Below are positions 49,852-58,665 of a stretch of DNA of 64,000 nucleotides, piece after piece. Origin of the DNA: an uncultured Spirochaetota bacterium (GTDB lineage Bacteria > Spirochaetota > Spirochaetia > SZUA-6 > DRHE01); assembly GCA_963736785.1 (NCBI GenBank), contig CAVTQG010000061.1:105918-169917 (forward strand), read 5' to 3'. Each line of letters starts with the position of its first letter. The first letter of the stretch is position 1. The notes under the pieces are model-generated. The model was not told where the DNA came from. It saw nothing but the letters and a program-made list of their open reading frames with translations, and did not search any database. The translations under genes and the position numbers were made by a program.

Positions 49852-50601
49852 TCAATCCGGGTACTGCTCTTCGATGGTCCGCCTCGTCTCCGGAAAAGAG
49901 AAGCTGATGCGATGCATCAGGTCTTCCTGCAGGCGGGCCTGGATCAGCAGCTTCTTCTTTCCGGCGCTCAAGGCGTTTTTGAGAAGAAACACCGACCGCC
50001 CGTCCTTCTCCGCCACCTGAGCGGCGATGTCCCGTGCCTTCGCCAGGACCTCACTCCTGGGCAGGATATAGTTGATGTGGGTTCCTTTGTTCTGCAGCTC
50101 GCTGCCCCGGAAGCGCTTGCCGGTGAGCATCATCTCGTTGGCCACGAACGGGCCTACCAGCTCCTGCAGCAGGGTGGTGCAGCCCATGCCCGGGGTGAAC
50201 CCCAGGCTCATGAAGACCGCACCGTAGCGGCTCTCGCGGGCGGCGATGACGATGTCGCAGCACAGGCCGACGGCCAGGCCCCCTCCGATGGCGTGGCCCT
50301 CCATGGCGGCGATCACGGGAAAGGGGGCTTCCAGAAGCCGCTCGCAGAGCACCAGGTCTGCCACCGCTGCCTTGCCGTCGCAGAGGTCCAGCAGGGCCTG
50401 CTTCTCCGCCCCGCCGCAGAACACGTCCTCCAGACCGTGCAGGACGAGCACCTTGGGCTTCAGCGTGTGCTCCAGCTCGTCCAGGGCCTGGAGAAAGTCC
50501 GCGATGAAGCCCGGGGAGAAGACGTTGCGCCCCTCGCGGTCGTCCATCTTCAGCCAGCCGACCCCGTCGGGGTCCCGGCTCGGCCTCATGCGCCCGCTCA
50601 C
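49852..50601 (-). CDS. Enoyl-CoA hydratase fold, ECH2 decarboxylase (PksI-like)
   Basis: FCGGAEK, GHAIGGGL, FMSLGFTPGMG, RFRGSEL, EDLMH; GTG overlaps the upstream stop. Confidence 0.85.
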   Translation of the reverse strand: MSGRMRPSRDPDGVGWLKMDDREGRNVFSPGFIADFLQALDELEHTLKPKVLVLHGLEDVFCGGAEKQALLDLCDGKAAVADLVLCERLLEAPFPVIAAMEGHAIGGGLAVGLCCDIVIAARESRYGAVFMSLGFTPGMGCTTLLQELVGPFVANEMMLTGKRFRGSELQNKGTHINYILPRSEVLAKARDIAAQVAEKDGRSVFLLKNALSAGKKKLLIQARLQEDLMHRISFSFPETRRTIEEQYPD

Positions 50602-51443
50602 GGTGTATCCTCCTTCTCCGGCTCGCGCCATCGCGCCATGGGTCCCTCGGGCTTGAAGCGCGAAAACCAGGGCGGCAGGTCCCCGTCCCGGAAGGCCCTC
50701 ACCCCCTGCAGGGCCGCCGGGTCGCGCAGCAGGCGCAGCAGACGGCGGCGGGCCAGGGCTGCAGCCTGCCCCGGGGTCTTGCCGATCAGCTCGGCGGTGA
50801 AGTCCTTGGCCTGCGAAAGCGCCTGAGGGGAGGAACGAAAAATGCGGCCGAAAATCTCGCGCAGCCGCTGCTCGGCCAGTTGCGCCGAGGGCAGAAGCTC
50901 ATCCACCAGGTTCAGGCGCAAGGCCTCGGACGCCGGGATGCGCATCGAGCTCAACACCAGGTAGCGCGCCTTCTGAGGCGGCACCCGCAGGGCCAGCAGA
51001 TAGGGAAGCACGTTGGCCGGGATCAGTCCGAAGAGCACCTCGCCCAGCTCGAAGCTGGCCGCCTCGGTGGCCACCACGATGTCACAGGCGCACACCAGCC
51101 CCAATCCGCCCGCCTTCACCTCGCCCTGCACCAGGCAGGCCACGGGCAGCGGCGCGCGGAACATGGCGGCCAGCAGATCGGCGTAGCGCCCCACGGCCCT
51201 CTTCGCTTCGGCCTGGCTGCCGCGGCCGGCATGGGCTGCCAGGCGGCCCAGATCCATGCCCAGGCAGAAGGCCGCCCCGCCGGAGCGCAGCAGGACGGCC
51301 CGGGCTTGCGGGTCCCGCACGGAGCGCTCGAAGGCAGAGGCCAGCTCCTCCACGCTTTGAGGGTCCAGCAGGTTGCCGTGTTCCGCATCCTTGAGGGTGA
51401 TGAGCGCCACCCCGGCGTCCATTTGCTGTTCGACCAGTGACAC
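50598..51443 (-). CDS. Enoyl-CoA hydratase fold, ECH1 dehydratase (PksH-like)
   Basis: FCLGMDL, GEVKAGGLGLVCACD, GEVLFGLIPANVLPYL. Confidence 0.85.
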   Translation of the reverse strand: MSLVEQQMDAGVALITLKDAEHGNLLDPQSVEELASAFERSVRDPQARAVLLRSGGAAFCLGMDLGRLAAHAGRGSQAEAKRAVGRYADLLAAMFRAPLPVACLVQGEVKAGGLGLVCACDIVVATEAASFELGEVLFGLIPANVLPYLLALRVPPQKARYLVLSSMRIPASEALRLNLVDELLPSAQLAEQRLREIFGRIFRSSPQALSQAKDFTAELIGKTPGQAAALARRRLLRLLRDPAALQGVRAFRDGDLPPWFSRFKPEGPMARWREPEKEDTP

Positions 51444-51449
51444 CTTGAG

Positions 51450-52679
51450 TCAGCTCCATTCGTAAGTGCGGTAGAAATCCTTCACTTCCCGCAGCACCAG
51501 GCGCCTGCGGCCTCGATAGTGCCGCTCGTACCAGCCTCCGGGCATGGAGAAGTCAGGAGTGAAGTCCGGTTTCTCGATGGAGGCTTCCCGCATCTTTTCG
51601 ATGGTCTCGTATTCTTCCACGCTCACTTCGCGGCGGGCGTCCAGGGCTTTGTCGATTTCCATCCGGCCGACCTCTTCGCGGGCCCCCGCGCACAGCCGGC
51701 CGCTGTAGAACTCTCCTATGGCTCCGGAGCCGTAGGCGAAAAAGCTGACGCGGTCGCCGGCTTTGAGGTCGGGCACGCCCATGACCATGCCGCAGATGCC
51801 CAGGAAATTGCTGGCCCCATAGGTGGAGCCGACCCTGCGGGCGTACAGCAGGGACGGCAGGACCTTGCGCCTGAAGCTCTCCTGGACCTCGGCCTTGCTG
51901 CGCGGCCGGGCCAGATTGCACACCGTGCGGTGGGCCTGGAAGGCCATGCCGGGGAAGGGGGTGTGGTAGCAGCTCTGGGCGAAATAGGCGTCGAAGTCCA
52001 GGGACTGGCCGTTTCTGCTCAGGTAGTCCTGATACGAGCCCTCCAGGGCGTCCAGGTAGCTGTACAGGCTGACCTCGTTGTTGCCGACCTCGTGGCGGGC
52101 GCTGGGCCGGAAAGTATCGTAGACGTCCGAGGTCCAGTCGCCTTTCGCCTGCAGATCGTACTCGATCACGCGGGGGGTGTCGCTCACCAGCGCCGCGGAC
52201 GCCACCCCGCCCAGGACGAACTCTTCCTTCGCGCCCAGGTGCAGGCGGGAGTAGTCTGTCGAGATCACCAGGGCCTTCCTGCCGTGGTTCAGGCCGGCGG
52301 CGATCCAGTTCAGGGCCGAGTCCAAGGCGGCCACTCCGCTGTAGCAGGCGTGCTTGGTCTCGAAGTTGCGCACGTTGGAAGGCAGCCCCAGAGCGCCATG
52401 GATGTTCGTGCTGATCGGCTTGCCGAAGTCCACCGAGCTCTCGGTGCCGACCACCAGCAGGCCGATGGCCTGCCGATCCTCATCCTCCAGCAGGGGCCCG
52501 GCCGCGTTGGCCGCCATGGTTACGGTGTCCTCATAGAGGGGGTTCAGGGAGCGGGTGTCGATGAGGAAGTCGGCGACCACCTTCTGCGGATCCAGTCCCC
52601 GGGCCGCGGCCAGTTTCTTCTGGTCCAGGTACAGAGAGCAGCCGTACAGGTTGATCTTCTCTATGCCAACGCTCTTCAT
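51450..52679 (-). CDS. HMG-ACP synthase (PksG-like beta-branching enzyme)
   Basis: VGIEKIN, EDTVT, TESSVDFGK, FETKHACYSG, SLYSYLD, YHTPFPGM, FAYGSG. Confidence 0.88.
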   Translation of the reverse strand: MKSVGIEKINLYGCSLYLDQKKLAAARGLDPQKVVADFLIDTRSLNPLYEDTVTMAANAAGPLLEDEDRQAIGLLVVGTESSVDFGKPISTNIHGALGLPSNVRNFETKHACYSGVAALDSALNWIAAGLNHGRKALVISTDYSRLHLGAKEEFVLGGVASAALVSDTPRVIEYDLQAKGDWTSDVYDTFRPSARHEVGNNEVSLYSYLDALEGSYQDYLSRNGQSLDFDAYFAQSCYHTPFPGMAFQAHRTVCNLARPRSKAEVQESFRRKVLPSLLYARRVGSTYGASNFLGICGMVMGVPDLKAGDRVSFFAYGSGAIGEFYSGRLCAGAREEVGRMEIDKALDARREVSVEEYETIEKMREASIEKPDFTPDFSMPGGWYERHYRGRRRLVLREVKDFYRTYEWS

Positions 52680-52688
52680 GATTCACCT

Positions 52689-53441
52689 CTATGGCGCGTA
52701 GCTCAGCCCGCCGGCGACGCGGATCACCTCTCCGTTGATGAAACCGGCTTCCTCGGTCGACAGATAGCGCACCAGGCTGGCGATTTCCTCCGCGGTGCCG
52801 ACGCGCTTCAGCGGGCAGTATTCCATCCAGATCTGCTGCAGCTTGCTGGCCATGTGGTTTTCGGTCATGTCCGTTTCCACGTAGCCCACAGTGACCACAT
52901 TGGAGGTGATGCCCCTGGGGCCGTATTCGCGGGCCAGGGTCTTGGTGAGACCGATCAGCCCCGCCTTGGCCGCGGCGTAGTTGGCCTGTCCGCTGGAGCC
53001 CTCCTGGGCCAGCGAGGAAATGTTGATGATCCGGCCCCAGCGCTTGCCCATCATGTGCGCCAGGAAGCTGCGGATGACGAAGAAGGGGCCGGAAAGGTCG
53101 GCGGCGATCACCTCCAGCCAGTCCTCGTCACTCATCATGGCGGCCACGTTGTTGCGCACGATGCCGGCGTTGTTGACCACCACCCCGACGGTGCCAAACT
53201 CCTCGATGACCTGCTCGGCCACCTGCTCTACCTGGGCCGAGTCCTTCACGTCCATACGGTAGGCGCGCACCGCAACGGCCGAACCCAGCTCCCGTGCCAT
53301 GGCCTGGGTCTCGCGCATAGCGGCCTCGTTGCCCACGTAGGTGAAGGCGGTCGGAATCCCTTCCTTGACCAGGCGCAGAACGATGGCCCGGCCGATGCCA
53401 CGTGAGCCACCGGTAACGAATGCGGCCGCTGCTTCTGCCAT
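52689..53441 (-). CDS. 3-oxoacyl-ACP reductase (FabG-like SDR)
   Basis: TGGSRGIG, VNNAG, ISS, NYAAAKAG. Confidence 0.9.
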   Translation of the reverse strand: MAEAAAAFVTGGSRGIGRAIVLRLVKEGIPTAFTYVGNEAAMRETQAMARELGSAVAVRAYRMDVKDSAQVEQVAEQVIEEFGTVGVVVNNAGIVRNNVAAMMSDEDWLEVIAADLSGPFFVIRSFLAHMMGKRWGRIINISSLAQEGSSGQANYAAAKAGLIGLTKTLAREYGPRGITSNVVTVGYVETDMTENHMASKLQQIWMEYCPLKRVGTAEEIASLVRYLSTEEAGFINGEVIRVAGGLSYAP

Positions 53442-53444
53442 CGC

Positions 53445-54728
53445 CTACCCCTCGTAGCGCCGGATCAGGCTGCAGGCGTTGATGCCGCCGAAGCCGAAGG
53501 AGTTCTTCAGCATGCACCGGATCTGGTGTTCCACCGGGCCGGCCGCGCAGACCTCCAGGTCTATCTCCGGGTCCAGGCGATCGATGTTGATGGTCGGGTG
53601 AAGCCGGCCGTGCTTCATCTGCAGCAGGGCACCGATGGTCTCCACGATGGGCGCGGCCCAGCAGGTGTGTCCGAGCATGGACTTGGCGGCGTTGAGCTTC
53701 AGGCGGGGGGCGTGGTCCCCGAAGGCCCGCTTGATGGCCCTGATCTCCTCCAGGTCCCCGGCCGGAGTGCCGGTGGCATGGCAGCTCACGTAGTCCACCT
53801 CCGTCGGGTCCGTGCCCGTGGAGCGCAGCAGCTCATGGATGAGGCGGCCCTGGGTTTCCGCAGCCGGAGCCGGCAGGTGGCTGGCGTTGGCGTTGGCCCG
53901 CACACCCAGTACCTCGCCGTAGATGGGAGCGCCGCGGCGCAGGGCCTGCTGCAGCTCTTCCAGCAGGAGCGTCCCGGCTCCGTGGGAATACACGAAGCCG
54001 GCGCGGCCGACGTCGAAGGGCCGCGAGGCCTTCTCGGGATGGTCCTGGTATTCCGGCTTGACTACCACGGCGTTGATCACCACCGAGGCCTGGATGTCGA
54101 GGGGAGATATATCGAACAGGCCACCGGCCACGACCGCGGTATCGCTTTCGCCGGTCACAATATCGCGGAAGCCTTCCCGGAGGGCCAGGTTGCCGCTGGC
54201 GCAGGCCCCGCCCACCGTGAGGGTCGGGCCCTGCAGGCCCAGGACTTCGGTGATAAGGGCGGGGACATTGGGGTCGATGGCCTCCACGGCTCCCAAGGGG
54301 TCCATGGACTCCGTATCGACCAGGAACCTCCTGGTGTTCTCGTAGATGTAGTTGGAGTTCAGGTTGTGGCCGCCCACAATCACGCTGGCGCGCAGAGGGT
54401 CGACACCTTTTGCGAACAGGCCGGCGTCCAGCCAGGCCGCCAGGCTGCACAGCACCGCAGCCTTGGCCGAGAAGGAGGTGGTGCGGAACAGCTTCTTCAC
54501 TTTCTTGAGCCCCTCGGCCCCAAGCTGGTCGCGGAAGCGCTCCATGGCGGCCTGGAAATCGTAGTCACCCAGGTCGCCTCCGATCTTGCACTCGATGTCC
54601 TTCATGTCCAGGGAGCGCCAGCGCCGGATCCCTGACCGGCCTTGGATCAGGGCCTGGTAGTAGCCTTCCAGGGTGTCGCCCAGGGGGTTGAGGGTTCCCA
54701 TGCCGGTGATGACCACGCGGCGTTTCAT
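53445..54728 (-). CDS. Free-standing ketosynthase (PksF/FabF-like) retaining the catalytic Cys
   Basis: VVITGMG, TVGGACASG, CHATGT, KSMLGH, KNSFGFGG. Confidence 0.9.
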   Translation of the reverse strand: MKRRVVITGMGTLNPLGDTLEGYYQALIQGRSGIRRWRSLDMKDIECKIGGDLGDYDFQAAMERFRDQLGAEGLKKVKKLFRTTSFSAKAAVLCSLAAWLDAGLFAKGVDPLRASVIVGGHNLNSNYIYENTRRFLVDTESMDPLGAVEAIDPNVPALITEVLGLQGPTLTVGGACASGNLALREGFRDIVTGESDTAVVAGGLFDISPLDIQASVVINAVVVKPEYQDHPEKASRPFDVGRAGFVYSHGAGTLLLEELQQALRRGAPIYGEVLGVRANANASHLPAPAAETQGRLIHELLRSTGTDPTEVDYVSCHATGTPAGDLEEIRAIKRAFGDHAPRLKLNAAKSMLGHTCWAAPIVETIGALLQMKHGRLHPTINIDRLDPEIDLEVCAAGPVEHQIRCMLKNSFGFGGINACSLIRRYEG

Positions 54729-55000
54729 TTTGAGAACCATAGCCTTTTTCCCGGCGCTGCTCAAGGGTCCGGCGAGCTCGCCCGGGCCGCTCAATCCACC
54801 CGCAGCCGGTACTCACCTTGCCCACCCCCAGGGCTTTGTTCGCCGTGGTGGCCAGTTCGCGCAGCGTTTCAGACGGACTTGGGAATGGTGCGGTGCGCAA
54901 CGTTTGCAGAGAGCCACCAGAGTAGGACGCTCAGACGGTCTGGGCATCCTCAAGGGACGGGTATCATGGGCTTTGCCCTCGCACCGATGGGTTGCTTATC

Positions 55001-55399
55001 CTACCCGGAGGACCACCGGGCGCTTATGCCGGAATGGCGCAACTGGATGAACCGGGCGTTGTAATAACGCGCCGATTGCGTGGAGACAACCCTGAGCATG
55101 ACCCGCCTTAGCTCGCCGGCCCGTCTGCTCAGCTCCCTTCGTTCCTCCGGCCGCAAGCCCACGAATCGGAAGACCGCTGGGCTGTCCTGGTCCTCGAGCA
55201 TGACCTGGTGCTTGTTCACCACGATTCTTCCCCGGATCTCCACCACCTGCCCTTTCTGGTACAAAGGCACATGCCGTTCGGGCCTTTTGGGCCTTTCGGG
55301 GCTGCGAACCGCGAAGAAAAAGCTTTCGCAGCCGGCAAGACCGAGGGTCAGCGCTATGCCAGCAATGAGCAGGATGCTGCGTTTTGCGTTCTTGTGCAT
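55001..55399 (-). CDS. Putative lipoprotein
   Basis: MHKNAKRSILLIAGIALTLGLAG-C lipobox. Confidence 0.65.
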   Translation of the reverse strand: MHKNAKRSILLIAGIALTLGLAGCESFFFAVRSPERPKRPERHVPLYQKGQVVEIRGRIVVNKHQVMLEDQDSPAVFRFVGLRPEERRELSRRAGELRRVMLRVVSTQSARYYNARFIQLRHSGISARWSSG

Positions 55400-55682
55400 G
55401 TCGTATCTCCTGTATTTCCTATGCCCGCTGTTCGCCGAAACTCTGCGCTCCCCTATTCTCGGGAGTCGGAATGTTAGCAGCCGCCGTTTTCGCCAGAATA
55501 ACGAAACTACCGGCAGGACCAAGCGCCACCGGCGCCAGAACCCAATCCGCTGACAGCGAGCATCTTATCATGGGAGGAAGAACCGGGGTTTGCGAAAGCA
55601 ACAGGTACGGATTCTTGGTTTCCTTCATTCAGCCTGCTCGATCCTTTCATATGAATTGCCTGAGGCCCGGAGCGCCGTAATC

Positions 55683-55724
55683 ATAATAGTAAAACGCCCG
55701 CGGCTGTATGTTCGGTGGCACACT
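55683..55724 (-). promoter_or_regulatory. Putative Crp-type activated promoter (degenerate copy)
   Basis: TGTTCGGTGGCACACT (12/16 match to the other sites) with TATTAT -10 at nearly the same spacing. Confidence 0.4.
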
Positions 55725-55850
55725 GCCTTCGAACAGCGCTGAGCGGCGGCTGCGGGAGGCTCGTTGGGGGATCGACCTGGCGGGCAATAGCAAAGACATA
55801 TAGCTCGCAGGCGACGTTCTCGTTCCACGCTGCGAGCTAGAAGTCTCTAG

Positions 55851-56000
55851 TTAGAAACGCAGTCTCGGAATAATAGCCCACAAGCCCACAATAATCAAAT
55901 AAATACCCACAGTGTAGCGCAGAAACCTGGGATATATGAGCACGAGGATTCCAAAAATAAGAGTTATAATACCCCATATCAGACCAATTGGTTGCCACAT
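55851..56000 (-). CDS. DUF3096-like small membrane protein (49 aa)
   Basis: MWQPIGLIWGIITLIFGILVLIYPRFLRYTVGIYLIIVGLWAII; GGAG RBS upstream. Confidence 0.7.
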   Translation of the reverse strand: MWQPIGLIWGIITLIFGILVLIYPRFLRYTVGIYLIIVGLWAIIPRLRF

Positions 56001-56118
56001 AATATCTTCCACTCCCTTCTTATATAGATATTCTCCCGTAGACCCCGACCGATGACGAATCCTTCTAACCCGGAGAATTGCTTCCTGCCTGCGAGCCCTC
56101 CTATCGGATCGAGTTCTA

Positions 56119-56277
56119 CTATCTGCGCCTGCCGTAGCGCATGACCAGCCAGACAACCACGAGGATCAGCCCGACTACGAGCGCGACGTAGACAAAGCCG
56201 CCCAGCGTGGTCGAGGTGACAAGTCCCAGAAGCCACAATACCAAGAGGATGATGCCGATGATCAGAAGTATTTGCAT
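56119..56277 (-). CDS. lmo0937/DUF5670-like small membrane protein (52 aa, absent from the ORF track)
   Basis: MQILLIIGIILLVLWLLGLVTSTTLGGFVYVALVVGLILVVVWLVMRYGRRR*; AAGGAG RBS. Confidence 0.75.
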   Translation of the reverse strand: MQILLIIGIILLVLWLLGLVTSTTLGGFVYVALVVGLILVVVWLVMRYGRRR

Positions 56278-56433
56278 GCTAAAACTCCTTCCCCCTTCCG
56301 TCGAAAGCCATTCCGCGACCTTTTTATAGTGCTACATCCAGAACAGAACCGAGGTACCCAACGGCACCTCATGTCCCTCCTTTCCTCCTCTCCTGTCTGG
56401 ACTCGCCCGATAAGATCCGGAGGGCCGTACTCA

Positions 56434-56492
56434 GTATCCACAGCTTGTATTATGCGAGAAATCCCGAACGCGGTCTGTGCGGTAGCGCACGT
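56434..56492 (-). promoter_or_regulatory. Class-II-type promoter with palindromic operator, copy A
   Basis: TGTGCG-GTAG-CGCACG centred about 41.5 nt upstream of the predicted +1; CATAAT -10; gapless homology to 58401-58459. Confidence 0.7.
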
Positions 56493-56717
56493 ACTGATTC
56501 GGGCGCCAGGGGAAGAGAGCATGGGGAAGGTGATCCGCATTCGCAGGGGGGTCGCATAGTCATCAAGCCCAAAGGCTGTGTAACCGTGTGTTGGTCGAGT
56601 GTGACTGAGCTGGTTTGCAGAGCCGCCGTTGAGCCGACCTGCCGGAAGCTTGACAGATTCATGGCCCCCGATTATGCTCAAGCTGCTATCCTTACCGGAC
56701 GCTTTTGGAGGTTGCCC

Positions 56718-57455
56718 ATGTGCAGCATGCCCAGCCAACCAAAACCGCCTGATTTTCTTCAGAACCACTTGCTCAGGGTCCTGCCAGATCCTGAACGCGA
56801 GCGCCTGATGCGCCACATGGCACTGGTCCCGATGCCGCTCGGTAAGGCCCTGTACGAGTCCGGGGACCGGTTGAGTCACGTCTATTTCCCCACCACCGCC
56901 ATCGTGTCCCTGCTGTTCGTGATGGAGAATGGCGCGTCCGCCGAAATTGCCGTGGTCGGCAACGAGGGTATTGTAGGCATCGCCCTATTCATGGGTGGCG
57001 AAACCACGCCGAATCGGGCCGTGGTGCAGAGCGCGGGCAGCGCCTATCGGCTGGACGGACAGTTGCTCAAGCAGGAGTTCGAGCGCTCTAGGGCGGTGCA
57101 GCATCTGTTGCTGCGCTACACCCTGGCCCTGCTGAGCCAGATGGCGCAGACCGCCGTCTGCAATCGGCACCATACGGTAGACCAGCAACTCTGTCGTTGG
57201 CTGCTGCTCAGTCTGGACCGGTTGCCCGCCAACGAGTTGAGCATGACCCAGGAACTGATCGCCAACATGCTGGGAGTACGGCGCGAGGGGGTTACCGAGG
57301 CCGCCGGAAAATTGCAGGCTGCCGGATTGATTCGGTACAGCCGCGGCCGCATCACCGTACTGGATCGACCGGGCCTGGAAGCGCGGGTTTGCGAGTGCTA
57401 CGAGGTTGTCAGGAATGAGTTCCTCCGCCTGCTGCCCGATGTGATCGCGATGTGA
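56718..57455 (+). CDS. Crp/Fnr-family transcriptional regulator
   Basis: NHLL, VYFPTT, EIAVVGNEG, MTQELIANMLGVRREGVTEAAG HTH, CECY; GGAGG RBS. Confidence 0.93.
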   Translation: MCSMPSQPKPPDFLQNHLLRVLPDPERERLMRHMALVPMPLGKALYESGDRLSHVYFPTTAIVSLLFVMENGASAEIAVVGNEGIVGIALFMGGETTPNRAVVQSAGSAYRLDGQLLKQEFERSRAVQHLLLRYTLALLSQMAQTAVCNRHHTVDQQLCRWLLLSLDRLPANELSMTQELIANMLGVRREGVTEAAGKLQAAGLIRYSRGRITVLDRPGLEARVCECYEVVRNEFLRLLPDVIAM

Positions 57456-57574
57456 CTGAGGGCATGCGCATCGTATTCTGTCACGATGCCTCCCCTATCC
57501 GCGTATGGGGCTTCGGCGCCGAGGGGAAAGCCCATCCTCAACGCCGTTTATGAGTCCATCGAACTTTTTGCGAC

Positions 57575-58360
57575 CTAGCGCGTTTTCCAGTAGAACTCCG
57601 GCTCCAGCATGTAGCTTCGGCCGGGGGCGAAGTCGAAGTCCGCGGAAAAGGAGAACCCGTTAGAGGTGATACGCAGATTATGCCTGCCCGCTGGTAGACT
57701 GAAGCTGAGAGTGCTGTAGGACTGCCCGTCCACGAACAACCGGATCTGGTCTCTGTTGTCCCGGTCTCTGTTGTCCCGGTCCCTGTTGTCCCGGTCGTCC
57801 AGGAAGCCCGGGGGGATGACGACCCGCACCGACACGGAGTTGGCTTGCAGCCGGGCGTTCACCGCCGTATTGCCCGCCACGCTCACCGCGGTCAGATAGT
57901 CCTGGTAGCCGGGGGCAGACACGCGCACCAAGTAGTTGCCCCTGTCCACCTTCATGGAGGCAGGGGCCGTGCCCATCGGGGTGTTATTCACGAACACCTG
58001 GGCGCCGGCCACGTTGGCGGTGACCCTCAGGTTGTAGCGCCCGCGCGGCGGCCGCTGCTGCGAAATCCCGCCTTCCGGATCCAGGTTCACACGTAGGTTC
58101 AGCGGGTTGGAAGTCATGTTGATGATCGTTCCGAAGGACTGGAAGTTATCCATAGCAACCTGGACCCGGTAGTTTCCGGGCCGCAGCAGGGCGGAGAAGA
58201 TTGGCTTAGTGTAGCCTGCCAACTTGCCGTTCAGGTAGACTCTGGCGCCGGTGACGTTGCAGAGGATGGAAAAGGCCCCCCGCGCCTGGGCGAACGCCGG
58301 CGCGACGCTCGCGGCCAGGAACGCCGCCAGGAGAAGTTACAGAACCATTCTTTTCTTCAT
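57575..58360 (-). pseudogene. PEGA-domain exported protein with in-frame TAA at codon 8
   Basis: MKKRMVL*LLLAAFLAASVAPAFAQ signal peptide; PEGA repeats NVTGARVYLNG and NVAGAQVFVN, VSAPGYQDY. Confidence 0.7.
57748..57792. repeat. 15-bp tandem repeat x3 (encodes RDNRD repeats)
   Basis: GGTCYCTGTTGTCCC three times, in frame. Confidence 0.85.
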
Positions 58361-58400
58361 AGCCTTCTTTCATCAACCGGAATCGTGAGTGCCGCACTTA

Positions 58401-58459
58401 GCATCCACAGCTCGAATTTTACGAAAAAATTCCAACGCGCTCTGTGCGGTAGCGCACGT
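58401..58459 (-). promoter_or_regulatory. Class-II-type promoter with palindromic operator, copy B
   Basis: Identical TCTGTGCGGTAGCGCACGT with a TAAAAT -10 at the same spacing as copy A. Confidence 0.7.
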
Positions 58460-58665
58460 TGCGTTGTCCTAGCATGTATTAAAATAAAATAGAAACGACT
58501 GTTAGATGACACCTTGGAGGCGAAAGCGAACAAAACCAGGGAAGATGCCAAGACTGCGTGTGAAGACTCCCGGGGGCATCTCGCAATGGTAACTTGCAAT
58601 GTATTACCGGCCATTCACTCGAGGTCAGCAATATGCCTCAAAAAATTTTTCAAGGGGGGACGAAC

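Noticed and set aside
54886-54902. Possible fourth Crp-type site upstream of the beta-branching operon
   Set aside because: It needs a gap to align, and there is no -10 box at the expected distance.
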